From IMG/VR virus record IMGVR_UViG_3300028888_000089: a stretch of 31,595 bases of DNA. One strand, given 5' to 3'. The position numbers and the translations under genes are program-made. The stretch is from an uncultured virus (IMG/VR IMGVR_UViG_3300028888_000089). Taxonomy: Duplodnaviria > Heunggongvirae > Uroviricota > Caudoviricetes. The notes beneath the pieces were generated by a model. It was not told where the DNA came from, ran no database searches, and saw only the letters and a list, made by a program, of their open reading frames with translations. The first letter of the stretch is position 1. Every line of letters starts with the position of its first letter. Below, in pieces: positions 1-11,300 of the stretch.

Positions 1-688
1 TTCCAGGCCCAAAGATGCCATCTATAGCTAAAGTAGAACCATCTTTTGCGAGAAGAGTCTGAAGGGTCTTAACGTTCTCTCCTTTGTCTCCCCTACGAAG
101 AGTAGGCGGAATCTTAACTTTTTCCTTCTTAGGCTCTTCTTTCTTGGTTTCTTCCTTCTTAGCGGTTTCTTTCGGAACAGTCGTCTGCCCGGGAATGAAG
201 TCAAATGTGATTCCCTTGCCGAGTCCCCAATATTTCCACTTTCCGCCATGAAGCTTTGTCTGGATAACGCCCTGCGTTGTTCCAGCAGCTTCTGTAACTA
301 AACCATCACCTGTATAAGTTCCAATATGGGGCTTGCTGCTATCGGTACCAGTATAGACCCATGCGCCAACTGGAATTTCCATTCCTTTGACAAGCTTGCC
401 TTTAGCCTGACAGTCATACTTATAACTACTATTAGAACCATGATGGAACTTAAGGCCAAACTTAAGACCTTTAGAGTAGGTTAAACCGGAGCAGTCCCAA
501 ACGTAATGACCGATCCATTTCTTACCATACTTACGGCCATTCGCTCGATTCGCATCAGTTGTCTTATTCAGGGCCTTCTGCCTAGCTTCGGTCCAGAGAA
601 CACCAGCTGTTCCCCAAATATAACCTGCTTTTTTCTCAAGTTTGGTTACTTCTAAAATAGCATCGGCATATTGTTTACCTGTTACCAT
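1..688 (-). CDS. Endolysin: NlpC/P60-type catalytic domain + K/E-rich linker + peptidoglycan-binding (PG_binding_1-like) domain; 3' end runs off the window
   Basis: Not in the ORF track; translated by hand from ATG at 688 (GGAGG RBS upstream): MVTGKQYADAILEVTKLEKKAGYIWGTAG...HYVWDCSGL...KPHIGTYTGDGLVTEAAG...KWKYWG...KKEETKKEEPKKEKVKIPPTLRRGDKGENVKTLQTLL...IDGIFGPG. Y-x-WG, DCSG and HIG motifs are typical of NlpC/P60; LRRGDKGENVKTLQ..L and IDGIFG are typical of PG_binding_1. Confidence 0.9.
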   Translation of the reverse strand, partial: MVTGKQYADAILEVTKLEKKAGYIWGTAGVLWTEARQKALNKTTDANRANGRKYGKKWIGHYVWDCSGLTYSKGLKFGLKFHHGSNSSYKYDCQAKGKLVKGMEIPVGAWVYTGTDSSKPHIGTYTGDGLVTEAAGTTQGVIQTKLHGGKWKYWGLGKGITFDFIPGQTTVPKETAKKEETKKEEPKKEKVKIPPTLRRGDKGENVKTLQTLLAKDGSTLAIDGIFGPG

Positions 689-944
689 AATTGTTTCCTC
701 CATACATGAGCTGCTGCAATTGCTGATTACTGATCCCTCGACTTTGCTGTAAATAAGCTAAAATCTGATTTGGATCATTAATAATTGCGTCTGGAATATC
801 TGGAAACTGTTGTTTAACAAACGCAGCTGGATTTGTTAAACTCTGCATGATGTATTGAGCTTTCTGAATTGGATTCATAAAATTCGCTCCGGACATCTGC
901 TGCGCTACAGGTTGACCAATGATCCTGGAATACCAGTTATTCAT
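675..944 (-). CDS. Hypothetical Q/N/M-rich small protein
   Basis: 89-aa ORF overlapping both neighbours; low-complexity helical (NPIQKAQ, DPNQILAYLQQSRGISNQQLQQL). Confidence 0.75.
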   Translation of the reverse strand: MNNWYSRIIGQPVAQQMSGANFMNPIQKAQYIMQSLTNPAAFVKQQFPDIPDAIINDPNQILAYLQQSRGISNQQLQQLMYGGNNYGNR

Positions 945-1417
945 TTATTGTCACCCCGTCCATTATTCCTATAATTACTTCCATTTTGATTTTGATGAAT
1001 CGACTGGATCATATTCTTAATCTCGGTCCTGAAACTCTCAAAATCTTCTTTTGTTAAATATTTGCTCATATCCGGTATTTCAACAGGAGCACTCTGCTGA
1101 CTTACATTTGGAAGATTTGCAGGAGCAGAATCCTCTTCGAAAACTATCTTGCCCTTCTTAATAGGGTTCATCCTTCCGTATGCATCAACAGATTTGAAAT
1201 ACACATGCTGACCATCTAAATCCCAAAGAGGGATTATAGTATTAGGAGGCAGATTATTAGGAATCTGCCAAGCTCTAGCCGCTAACTCACCATCGACGCT
1301 AATCATATATTGTGAACTACCTTGTCTTTGCGGTGCGATAAATGGCTGTGGGATTGAATATGGGCTAGTGGATATGTTCTGACCAAATGTTGGATATACA
1401 TCATAATAATTTGGCAT
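941..1417 (-). CDS. Hypothetical protein
   Basis: 158-aa ORF with RBS (AGAAGGAG); P/Q/Y-rich N-terminus, compact core (VDGELAARAW...IPLWD...VYFKSVDAYG), C-terminal helix YLTKEDFESFRTEIK. Confidence 0.8.
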   Translation of the reverse strand: MPNYYDVYPTFGQNISTSPYSIPQPFIAPQRQGSSQYMISVDGELAARAWQIPNNLPPNTIIPLWDLDGQHVYFKSVDAYGRMNPIKKGKIVFEEDSAPANLPNVSQQSAPVEIPDMSKYLTKEDFESFRTEIKNMIQSIHQNQNGSNYRNNGRGDNK

Positions 1418-1434
1418 AGTTAATAGTGCTCCTT

Positions 1435-1812
1435 CTAATTAGATATACGCCAGAAAAAAGTTGGAATAGCATCTCCAGAATCCCAACTGTCATAATAGTT
1501 ACCATCGATAACAGCAACCGCATGCGTACCGGTACCTATTATGTACGTCCCATATGGATACATTTTTGTAAATGTCTTTATTGTTATGCAACGAGGACAT
1601 TCACTAGGAAGAAGAAACGGTTTAAACCCTTGCATATAAAGATAGTGTCCCCAGACATTATCATCTAGGGACACGCTGTAATCTTGTCTTGCAACGGAGT
1701 TCAACTCATCAAAAACCTCTAACCATGGTTTGTTAAGAGCAATGCAAATGGCTCTTATAACACAGTCTGGAACCTCTTTCTTTTTCGGATTCGGATTAGC
1801 TTCTATCCACAT
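1435..1812 (-). CDS. Small putative papain-like (Cys-His-Asp) peptidase-fold protein
   Basis: PDCVIRAI (Cys17 at a helix start), GTHAVAVIDG (His) and YYDSWD (Asp) lie in papain/C39-like order; start overlaps the holin stop. Confidence 0.6.
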   Translation of the reverse strand: MWIEANPNPKKKEVPDCVIRAICIALNKPWLEVFDELNSVARQDYSVSLDDNVWGHYLYMQGFKPFLLPSECPRCITIKTFTKMYPYGTYIIGTGTHAVAVIDGNYYDSWDSGDAIPTFFWRISN

Positions 1813-2102
1813 TATTCGTCCTGGTCCTGATCGTCAGGCTCATCCTTCCAGGGCTCAACATACTGCATTGCCCTCTTACTATCACCAAGTCCGGCAGTCG
1901 TCGGATCGACAATAACGCCAATAAGCGCCAGGAATTCAAGAGCCTGATTGGCGACCTGAAGAATAACGTTCTCAGTTACCTTCGGATAAACGTCGAACAT
2001 AGACAGCATAGTAAACACAAAGCTTACTATCAGGGCAATAAAACTGCCAAGCCAAACCTTATTCTTAAATCTTACTTTCCAGTTAATCTTATTTTGTTCC
2101 AT
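1812..2102 (-). CDS. Holin, phiLC3 family
   Basis: INWKVRFKNKVW N-terminus, two hydrophobic segments, GVIVDPTTAGLGDSKRAMQY signature; GGAGG RBS. Confidence 0.92.
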   Translation of the reverse strand: MEQNKINWKVRFKNKVWLGSFIALIVSFVFTMLSMFDVYPKVTENVILQVANQALEFLALIGVIVDPTTAGLGDSKRAMQYVEPWKDEPDDQDQDE

Positions 2103-2115
2103 TTTGATTTCCTCC

Positions 2116-2580
2116 TTACAGCTTCTCAGCTAAGAACTTTTGTAAATCAGCATGAGCTTCTTTGATCTTATCATTATCCCCTAAATCACCATAATTGCTT
2201 ATAACAAGCATGAATTTACAAATTGCACGTAATCCATCGCGTGTCGCAGTTTGCGTTGATTTAATGCTTTCTATTGCCGCTTCGTTCGCTTCGAGTCTGT
2301 TCTTGTCTTTTTCAAGCTTTCGCTCAATGTCAAGAAATCGCGGCTCCAATTTGCTGATAACTTCTTCCACGACTTTTTTACTGACTTTGTCTGCAAAATC
2401 GGGTTTTTCAGCTTCCCGCCTTTCTTTATGGCGTTTGATTATTGTATGAATGGCATCATAGATTTTATAGCCTATAAGGAATAACAAGCCAATGCATATA
2501 AGCCCATAGATTGTCGTCCAGATCACGGAAGGCGTAAAACCCTCCACGGTCGGAAGTCCTTCTACAGCCGGCACCATCAA
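2116..2580 (-). CDS. Membrane protein (one TM helix + coiled coil), probable lysis-module accessory
   Basis: Hydrophobic IWTTIYGLICIGLLFLIGY followed by a heptad-rich region; immediately upstream of the holin. Confidence 0.65.
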   Translation of the reverse strand: MMVPAVEGLPTVEGFTPSVIWTTIYGLICIGLLFLIGYKIYDAIHTIIKRHKERREAEKPDFADKVSKKVVEEVISKLEPRFLDIERKLEKDKNRLEANEAAIESIKSTQTATRDGLRAICKFMLVISNYGDLGDNDKIKEAHADLQKFLAEKL

Positions 2581-2590
2581 CCATCACCTC

Positions 2591-3748
<1,158 letters not shown>

Positions 3749-4097
3749 CTTCCGAATCATCCTCCTTCTTTAATGAACGTTCGTGAGTAATGGAAATATC
3801 ATCGCCTTCGATATAGACCTCAACTCTGGTGGTCTTTTGAGTTATGGATATAAGTCTATTCCATCCAGAATAAGTCGTCTTATCGAGAAAATGAGGTTCG
3901 TCTATTTCAAAAGTAATAGTACTAAATTTAGAAACCTCATTAAAATAAGAAAATGCCTCTGCAAAAGATATTCCTTCTAAAAAACAAGTTAATGTCTTTT
4001 CGTAATATCCGCATTGGCAATTTTCCAACACAGTTCCGTCACCGAGCTTTAATCTATAGACAACGTCAGCCATGCGGTATCACCTTCCATTTTGATT

Positions 4098-4493
4098 TTA
4101 TTTAAATGAAATAAAAGGCATCAAATAACCGATGTCTTCTCCTGAGATCTGAATATTAGCTAATTCATTTTCGCTAATTGAAAACGTCTCTATATTCAAA
4201 TCTGAAACTTCTAAATTTCCAAGTTGAGTCAATTCGTTGTCAACAGCCTTAGCTATAGACTTTGCCTTATCGATTTCTTCCTTGGATGAGCCAGTTGTTC
4301 GACAACCATTCAATTCTGGAACAAAGTCCGGATACTTAGCCCATATCTTATTTTCTTCCTGAATTTGAAAGTCAATCGTTGGCTGAAGTTTTTTAACAAG
4401 CATAAATATTTTCATTGCTGTCTGGCCCGGAAAAGGCTGAGAGTTCAACCTTTTTGCAGCTAAATATGCTTTTACAACCTCATTTTGGGTCAT
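4098..4493 (-). CDS. Hypothetical tail-region protein (possible fibre chaperone)
   Basis: 131-aa helical ORF with AAAGGAG RBS directly after the Tal gene. Confidence 0.7.
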   Translation of the reverse strand: MTQNEVVKAYLAAKRLNSQPFPGQTAMKIFMLVKKLQPTIDFQIQEENKIWAKYPDFVPELNGCRTTGSSKEEIDKAKSIAKAVDNELTQLGNLEVSDLNIETFSISENELANIQISGEDIGYLMPFISFK

Positions 4494-4508
4494 AATTATC
4501 TCCTTTCG

Positions 4509-7500
4509 TTAGTCAAAGTAAACTCGCTTATTGCTGCCAACAGAGAATGGAACCGACTGCGATGCACTATAAGAAACCTGCAATGTCACGGTCTTTGTAC
4601 CAGTTGTCCCATATGATATATCACTGCAATACAAATAAGCATTATGAGACCAATTGTATTTGCCATCATTATATTGCTGAGTAGCATCTACTTCTGTTTG
4701 AGCATAGACTGTTCCTGTTGTAGAATTCATCCTCAAGAATACTGTTTTCTTATGATTGCTGCCAAAACTATTTTGTGTTAAATATAAGGTTGCACTTTTA
4801 GTTAAATTAGTTGGGCGACCTGTGGTACTGACGGATACTGTTCTGTGATCTGGAACTGATCCAGTTATAGCATTCCATGATGGATCAGTTAAATTAACAT
4901 GGTTTCGGCCATTATCATAAACTTCGCTGGCATTAATAGTAACAGTTTTTTGCATTATTTTTTTATCAGCATCATATGTGTCTGGATCCATGCTATATAC
5001 TATAAAATCCTGTTTTACACTTTTTCCACTTACAGTTACACTACCAGTAGGTACCAGTCCATCATAAACTTCACCTACTGAGATGTTTCCTTGTGGGCTT
5101 GCCGTAACGACGTATCGTCTGCCACTCCACTCGCCCGTCAATGTAGTGGCTCGGCTAAAAGACGATACTGTTGTCCATTCATTCGGATCGCCGTACGTTT
5201 TAACCTGAAGATTATAAGTATTGCTCGAAGCTGATGCTTGGACAATCTGCACGTTTGTTATATTACTGGACAATCTAGAATAGCTTATACTAATGTTTCC
5301 ATCTGGGCCTTCAAAAGAAGCATAACTATTAGACCCAAAAGTTAATTTAGTTTTAACAAAAATGTTTGGAAGTAATGATACATAAGATTCTAATAATGAC
5401 GTCTTCAAATATTGCGATTCTATGGACTGGAAATGGCCATTAATCGCATACATATCATGCGCATAAACGCTACTTAATACTAATGAATTCGATTCTAAAG
5501 TATCGCTATCTATTACACCAGCATCGATTAATGCTTTAATAACGGTGTTCGACGAATCGTCATCACCTAATATAATTTGTTCACCAGTCAAATATATCTT
5601 TTTAGTCCGATCTCTGGAACCGATCTTAACGATATCGCCATCAACATAGGCTACGACCATCTCTCCGCCAGCCCAGTTTTCAATAGCTTGACCCATTTTA
5701 TAAGTGTGGAATTTGCCATCTTGTCCGACAATATTCTCGGTAACCATACTACCAATAAAAGTATCACTTTGAACGGCGGATAATTTAAGATCTCTTATCG
5801 TTGTCTCTTTGCCATCTTTATCATAATACTTATATTCGCCAGTTTTTGGATCTAGCGAGATCATAACTTTGCGGCCATCTTCGGTCTCTTTATAATATCC
5901 GGTATGACCAAATTTATCTGTGGCAATGACGATATCTTCTCCGCCGCCAAGTTGATCCATGATGGTGGTTTTTATACCTTCGAAATCAACTTCGCCACTA
6001 ACAGGATCAACGATTGTTCCAATATTTATAGTCGGTCCACCAGGAACACTAATCTCAATGTTTCCTGCATCATCAGTCGTTAATGGCGGTTTTGTAACTG
6101 ATAAATCGGTCTCTAAATTAATTCCATATTCATCTTTAACATATTCAAATAAAAGGTGGCTTTTTAAAAGTGAAGCTGTTATTTCAGATGTCTTCTTATA
6201 AGCCTTTGTGAATTGAGGAAGATTTCCAGATTTGCGCCAGTGATAAATCTGTTTGCTAGGATTAGCAGGATCTGGTGTAACGCCAGCTACTATCGGATAA
6301 TATATCCTGGATAAATAACTTCCGTCTTCACTTTTGCTGGCTATTGTTTCAATAAAATAACCATAAAGTTTACCTTCATAACCGGAAGGATCTTCTGTTT
6401 CTTCAGCCCAGCCTGTTTCTGATTGGGACCCGACACTTCGCTTATATATTTTATGCGAAGCAAACCATTCTACTATTGAGCTATTCCAATCGGGTTCTTT
6501 ATCCTCACCATCGTCCGGATCTTTAGGAGGACTATATGAACTGCTCGTTTTCTTTTTCTTTTCGGTATTATCCCCATAGGTTTTACTAAGGGCATTCGCT
6601 GGAATGCCAAAAGTATACTGATTATTTTCTGGATTAAACAAATCATATGTAACGCTTGTACATGTTAATATACGTGTTACGATCCTTGCAACTGAAGTTT
6701 TAGTGCCAATAGGATACTTGATCTTAACTCGATCGCCAAGAAGTATTTTTCCAGTACTCTCTCCGATAAAATGAAGATCCACTGCTTTTACAGAAAATGT
6801 TTCAACTCCACCCTGGTAATTGTTTTTAATCCATTCGCTTACCTTATTGAATAATTCGGCTTGATTTTTTGCATCTTGAAAGTCTATTGTTTTAAAAATT
6901 CTGCCATAATTGGTTATGGCCGTTTTATAATCTTCAGCTTCATGATAACCAGAGTTTAATTGCGAGTCTGTATAAGATCCATATGAGTACAAACTTTTAC
7001 AAATCTCTGGGACTAACATATAATTGGTATTAAATGTATGGCCATTAGTAGTGTAGCCATTCAAATATAATCCTTTATCTGTCGATGAGGATTTTCCTAT
7101 TGGTATAACAGCTGTAAAAATATTACTTACCTCGGTCGATCCGCTTATATCTAGAAGGTTTTTGCCAACTTCGATAGTCTGCGTATTAACAGTTGATCTG
7201 AAATAATGATTCATCCAATCGAGATAGCATTTATTATCAGCATATCGAATTCTAAAACAGCCACCATAATGACTCTTTAGATCTTCTAATACAGATTTAG
7301 TAGTTGTCCATCCGGAAGTTCCAAAATCTCTAGATGCGTTTTCTATTCGTTGTGCAGCAGATATAGAGCTTGAATAACCTCCAGGAATTTCTCCAGGATA
7401 AATCTTTTTCCTATCATCGGCAACTTGAGCGTTATGATTATTCAATACAGCTGTTATATGGGCATTTATGGTAATTGCTTTACGATTTTTCTTTTCCGTA

Positions 7501-7844
7501 CCTGGATAATAGGTGTCATTTAAAAATGCTAATGCTCCTTCGCAGTGAACCTTTTGTTCACCAAAGAAACCATTACTTACAGTAAGAACCCGTCCGTAGA
7601 ATATGGTATCGCCGTCATAGTCTACTTGAACATATGTCCGCATCTGTATGCAAGAATCAAAGTATGTGGTTCCATTTTGAATTCCGAGATCCATGCTTGT
7701 AGCATTGCCCATATCGCCCTTTGTAGTAGGCGCTAACAAACGAATCGCAGATTCACTTCCAGCTGGAATTGTTTGTACTTTAGTACGACCAGTATGAATT
7801 CCACCAGAAGAATCCTTATAGTAATAAAAATAGATGTCAATCAT
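4509..7844 (-). CDS. Tail tip / baseplate hub protein (Tal-like minor structural protein) with long C-terminal extension
   Basis: Follows Dit; N-terminal motifs IFYGRV, CEGALAFLND, IEVGKNLLD, IFTAVIPIG and VKAVDL...LGDRV are typical of Firmicute siphophage minor tail proteins; T/S/V-rich beta C-terminus. Confidence 0.82.
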   Translation of the reverse strand: MIDIYFYYYKDSSGGIHTGRTKVQTIPAGSESAIRLLAPTTKGDMGNATSMDLGIQNGTTYFDSCIQMRTYVQVDYDGDTIFYGRVLTVSNGFFGEQKVHCEGALAFLNDTYYPGTEKKNRKAITINAHITAVLNNHNAQVADDRKKIYPGEIPGGYSSSISAAQRIENASRDFGTSGWTTTKSVLEDLKSHYGGCFRIRYADNKCYLDWMNHYFRSTVNTQTIEVGKNLLDISGSTEVSNIFTAVIPIGKSSSTDKGLYLNGYTTNGHTFNTNYMLVPEICKSLYSYGSYTDSQLNSGYHEAEDYKTAITNYGRIFKTIDFQDAKNQAELFNKVSEWIKNNYQGGVETFSVKAVDLHFIGESTGKILLGDRVKIKYPIGTKTSVARIVTRILTCTSVTYDLFNPENNQYTFGIPANALSKTYGDNTEKKKKTSSSYSPPKDPDDGEDKEPDWNSSIVEWFASHKIYKRSVGSQSETGWAEETEDPSGYEGKLYGYFIETIASKSEDGSYLSRIYYPIVAGVTPDPANPSKQIYHWRKSGNLPQFTKAYKKTSEITASLLKSHLLFEYVKDEYGINLETDLSVTKPPLTTDDAGNIEISVPGGPTINIGTIVDPVSGEVDFEGIKTTIMDQLGGGEDIVIATDKFGHTGYYKETEDGRKVMISLDPKTGEYKYYDKDGKETTIRDLKLSAVQSDTFIGSMVTENIVGQDGKFHTYKMGQAIENWAGGEMVVAYVDGDIVKIGSRDRTKKIYLTGEQIILGDDDSSNTVIKALIDAGVIDSDTLESNSLVLSSVYAHDMYAINGHFQSIESQYLKTSLLESYVSLLPNIFVKTKLTFGSNSYASFEGPDGNISISYSRLSSNITNVQIVQASASSNTYNLQVKTYGDPNEWTTVSSFSRATTLTGEWSGRRYVVTASPQGNISVGEVYDGLVPTGSVTVSGKSVKQDFIVYSMDPDTYDADKKIMQKTVTINASEVYDNGRNHVNLTDPSWNAITGSVPDHRTVSVSTTGRPTNLTKSATLYLTQNSFGSNHKKTVFLRMNSTTGTVYAQTEVDATQQYNDGKYNWSHNAYLYCSDISYGTTGTKTVTLQVSYSASQSVPFSVGSNKRVYFD

Positions 7845-8305
7845 CCAATCACCGCCTTATTATCACTTTCGCGATATTTATACGGTTTTACTCTATACTC
7901 TATAACAACCATTGAGAAATTTTCACCTGGTTGCCAATCTTTCATATAAAAACGGCCTAAATAGTAATAATTGATGTCGTCTTCTAATGTTAATTTTAGT
8001 AGCTTGCGTCCATCTAAAAATTGAGCTATATCTTGTTTTCTAGACGCCCAGTTTCCAAATCCTCTTCCGGTACTTGGATCTTCATTAGCAACATAAAATG
8101 AGAAAGACCCACTACGATCTGTGTAAGTAGGTCTACCAATAAGATAGTCACTAAAATCTAAAGATCCATCTCTACCTGGAACATCTACGTATTTGTAAAC
8201 GGGATTAGGCTGAGCAACAACAGGACGAGTGGAAGGAATTAGATGCCAATTATTCCAAGTATTCCTAACAATCGTTCCATCTTTAAATATCAAGGAATGG
8301 TACAT
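7841..8305 (-). CDS. Distal tail protein (Dit-like)
   Basis: Between tape measure and Tal; YVDVPGRDGSLD, Y.DRSGSF and LEDD..YYY.GR motifs. Confidence 0.82.
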   Translation of the reverse strand: MYHSLIFKDGTIVRNTWNNWHLIPSTRPVVAQPNPVYKYVDVPGRDGSLDFSDYLIGRPTYTDRSGSFSFYVANEDPSTGRGFGNWASRKQDIAQFLDGRKLLKLTLEDDINYYYLGRFYMKDWQPGENFSMVVIEYRVKPYKYRESDNKAVIG

Positions 8306-8330
8306 TCTAATTCCTTCCTTTCTCGTCTAA

Positions 8331-11300
8331 TTATGGGATCTGACTACGAACTGCATAATATCCTTGCTCTGCAAGATACTTATCCATTTCAGGTCCAATA
8401 GCAGCAACAACAGAACCCGTTTGAAATACGAATTTCATTTGTTGCATAGCTTCAGCTAATGTTCTAAGATCACTACGCATATTATCTATTCCATCTCTGA
8501 CTTCCCCTATAGCTGATGTATAATCTGTTGGAATTGCCTGATTGGCATAATCATTTACGCCACTTGGATCAATAGCAAGTGTTCCGTCAGCATTCATCGT
8601 TATATAAGGGTTGTTAAGTAAAGCATTTAACTTCTCAGCATCAGTCGATATCTTAGATAAATCAAGAATTGGTGTAATCTTAGGACTGCTATCAAGAGTA
8701 TCTGTTTCGGCAGCAAGAAGTGCCGAACGGCAAAGATTCAGTACAGCTTGTTTTACATCATCTTCTCCGCCAATTATTCCTTTCTTAATACCATCGGAAA
8801 TACTTGTTCCGACTTTTCCAAAATCTAAAGACGGATCGACGTTTATTAATGCAGATATGCCCTCTGTCATATCTCTAAATGCAGAAAAAGCAGAAGAGTT
8901 CTTTATATCTTTTCCATCGAACACGTCGAACCAGTCATCAAACTCTTTAACCATTTGAGCTAAGGGCTCAACGGCACTATCGAATCCTACGGGTTCTCCT
9001 GCGTCATTAACATAAGAATATCCAGTATTCATTGCCTGTAGGAATTCAGCAATATAACCAGCAGCACGTACTGCACTAACCTTAAATGTGGAACCGTCAT
9101 CAGAGAGGTTCTTAGATAAGAAAGATATAACTTCAGAGAAAGACAAAAGATTTCCAACTGCCGATTCAACAAGCTCCGAATTATAAGACTGACCATCTTT
9201 AGTTAAAGCATTAGAGAAGTTAGCCATGCCCTGACCGACTTTCTCAATATCTTCAGCAAGGCTTCCAATCGTTTGCACATGGCCACTAAACCATTGAGAA
9301 ACGCCCTCAATAATTGGCAGACGTCTAGCAATATCACTAATCCTGTCTAAAGCATTTATTGCTTGACTAAATTTTTCAGCTTTCTCATCGTCAAAATTTA
9401 CATTATTTGCAAACTTTCCTAAAGCTTCGCCAAGCTCACCAATATTATTACCGAATTCGGTTAATACATCTGTAGAAGTTATACCTGCTTCTTTAAATAT
9501 AAGAACAGAGCTCAATCTTTCTTTTGTCAGCCTCGTTTTAAGATCGGCAAAGAATGTAAGAGCATCTTTCACATTTTGACTGTAACTAAAGTTCTTAGTC
9601 TTATCAGAGAATTTCTGTAAAGCGATTCCTAAAACTGCGATGTTTACTGCAAAATCTGTTAAAGCATCTGTTGTAACATTTGCACCTGTAAATGCACCAA
9701 TCGGATCTAAACTCGCAACTGTAAGTTTAAGCTTCAAATTTCCCAAGAAGTCCAACAATTCTATCGCTTTGGAAGTATCGCCAAGATCTTGAGATGCGCT
9801 TGCAAATTTTGTCATGGCGGTCGCAAGTGCTGCCAAATCAATTCCAAAATCTCCAAGGACATCGTCTTTTGGTATATTAGGAAGCTCAAAACCGCCATCT
9901 GCTCCAAGGCTGGTTATCACAGAACGCATAAGCTCAACAGCTTTTTGGATATCAGGAACATCTCCTTCCTGTAATCCATCTGCTTCTGTTGCACCTGTCG
10001 CATAAATGCTCAAAGCTCCACCAAGTCCTGCAATATTGTTCTTTAAAGTATCAAGTGGCAGCTTAGATAAAGTATCAAGATTAGTCGCTTGACCAGCAAG
10101 ATCTTGAATCATCTTTATACCGGACTGTATTTTTTCGACGTCTTCCGTGGCAAATGATCCGCCAAATATAGAAAGAGATCCACCTAATTCGGCGACATCA
10201 TTATTGAAATTTCCAATTGAGAAGTTAGAAAATTCGTCCTTATAGGATAATATTTCTTTAATGAATTTTAAGCCTTCGTTATTCTCGGGATCGCTAAGAT
10301 CAGAAGTTGAATACACGAACTGACTTACGCCGTTTCCAAGTTTGAGCATGCAGGTTTCAAAATCATTAATGCCGGAAATATAAGATCCAGCATCTTTTGT
10401 TATAAGTATGATATCCATTAGCTTTTCAAACTTACGCTTTGCTGCATCAAGTTCGCCTTCTGATACTTCGCCCATTCCTCTAGAGAAATCAGCGAACATA
10501 CCACCGACTAAGGCTAATTTAGCCATCATACTTTCAAGACCGCTTCCGATCGCATTCATAACTACAGGAATCATAAGAGCTATTGCGCCCATGACTAAAA
10601 TTATGCCAGCGACCAGCACTCCTATCGCTACTATTCCAGTGGCAACATTCACTTTACTTAAAATAAACAATGCCGCCGCCATTCCAACAATCAAAACTGT
10701 TAAACCAGCGGCAAATGCTAATATTGTTTTTGGATCAACATTCTTTACAGATCTTAATGCCAGTCCAAATGCGCCAAGAACGACAGCTAATGCCACCATC
10801 ATAAGCATCATAGGAATGGCTTTTGTCATGTCCTTGATCTTAGTAAGCCTTGTAATTAACAGCATATACACGGTTATTACGGCCATTATAGATAAACATG
10901 CAGCTACTATCTTATCCCAACTTACATCCTTTACGACAAGGAATAATAATGAGAAAGAAGCGATAACGGCAACCAGTCCAAGCATGACAGATGCAGAGCC
11001 AAGACCCGACTTTACATCTTTTGCTGGTTTAATAAGATGGGTCATGATTATAACCATAGCAATAATGGCCGCTAATCCAGCACCCATCTTACCAAGTTGC
11101 TCCCATTCAAAATTAGCTAATGGTAAAGCGGCCTGGACAAGAGCGTATATCGCACCGGATATTGCTCCAACTCCACCTATGTCACCGATCTTCAATCCGC
11201 TTGTTGTTTTTGTAAATAAAACGATCAAACCTAATAAAACAACTAAACTAGCGCCCATCTTTCCGAGGGATTCCCAGCTATAGTTCGCCAAAGGCTTAAT

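Noticed and set aside
28..249. 73-aa K/R-rich ORF in the track
   Set aside because: Alternative-frame shadow of the endolysin K/E linker; the real frame starts at 688 and runs off the window.
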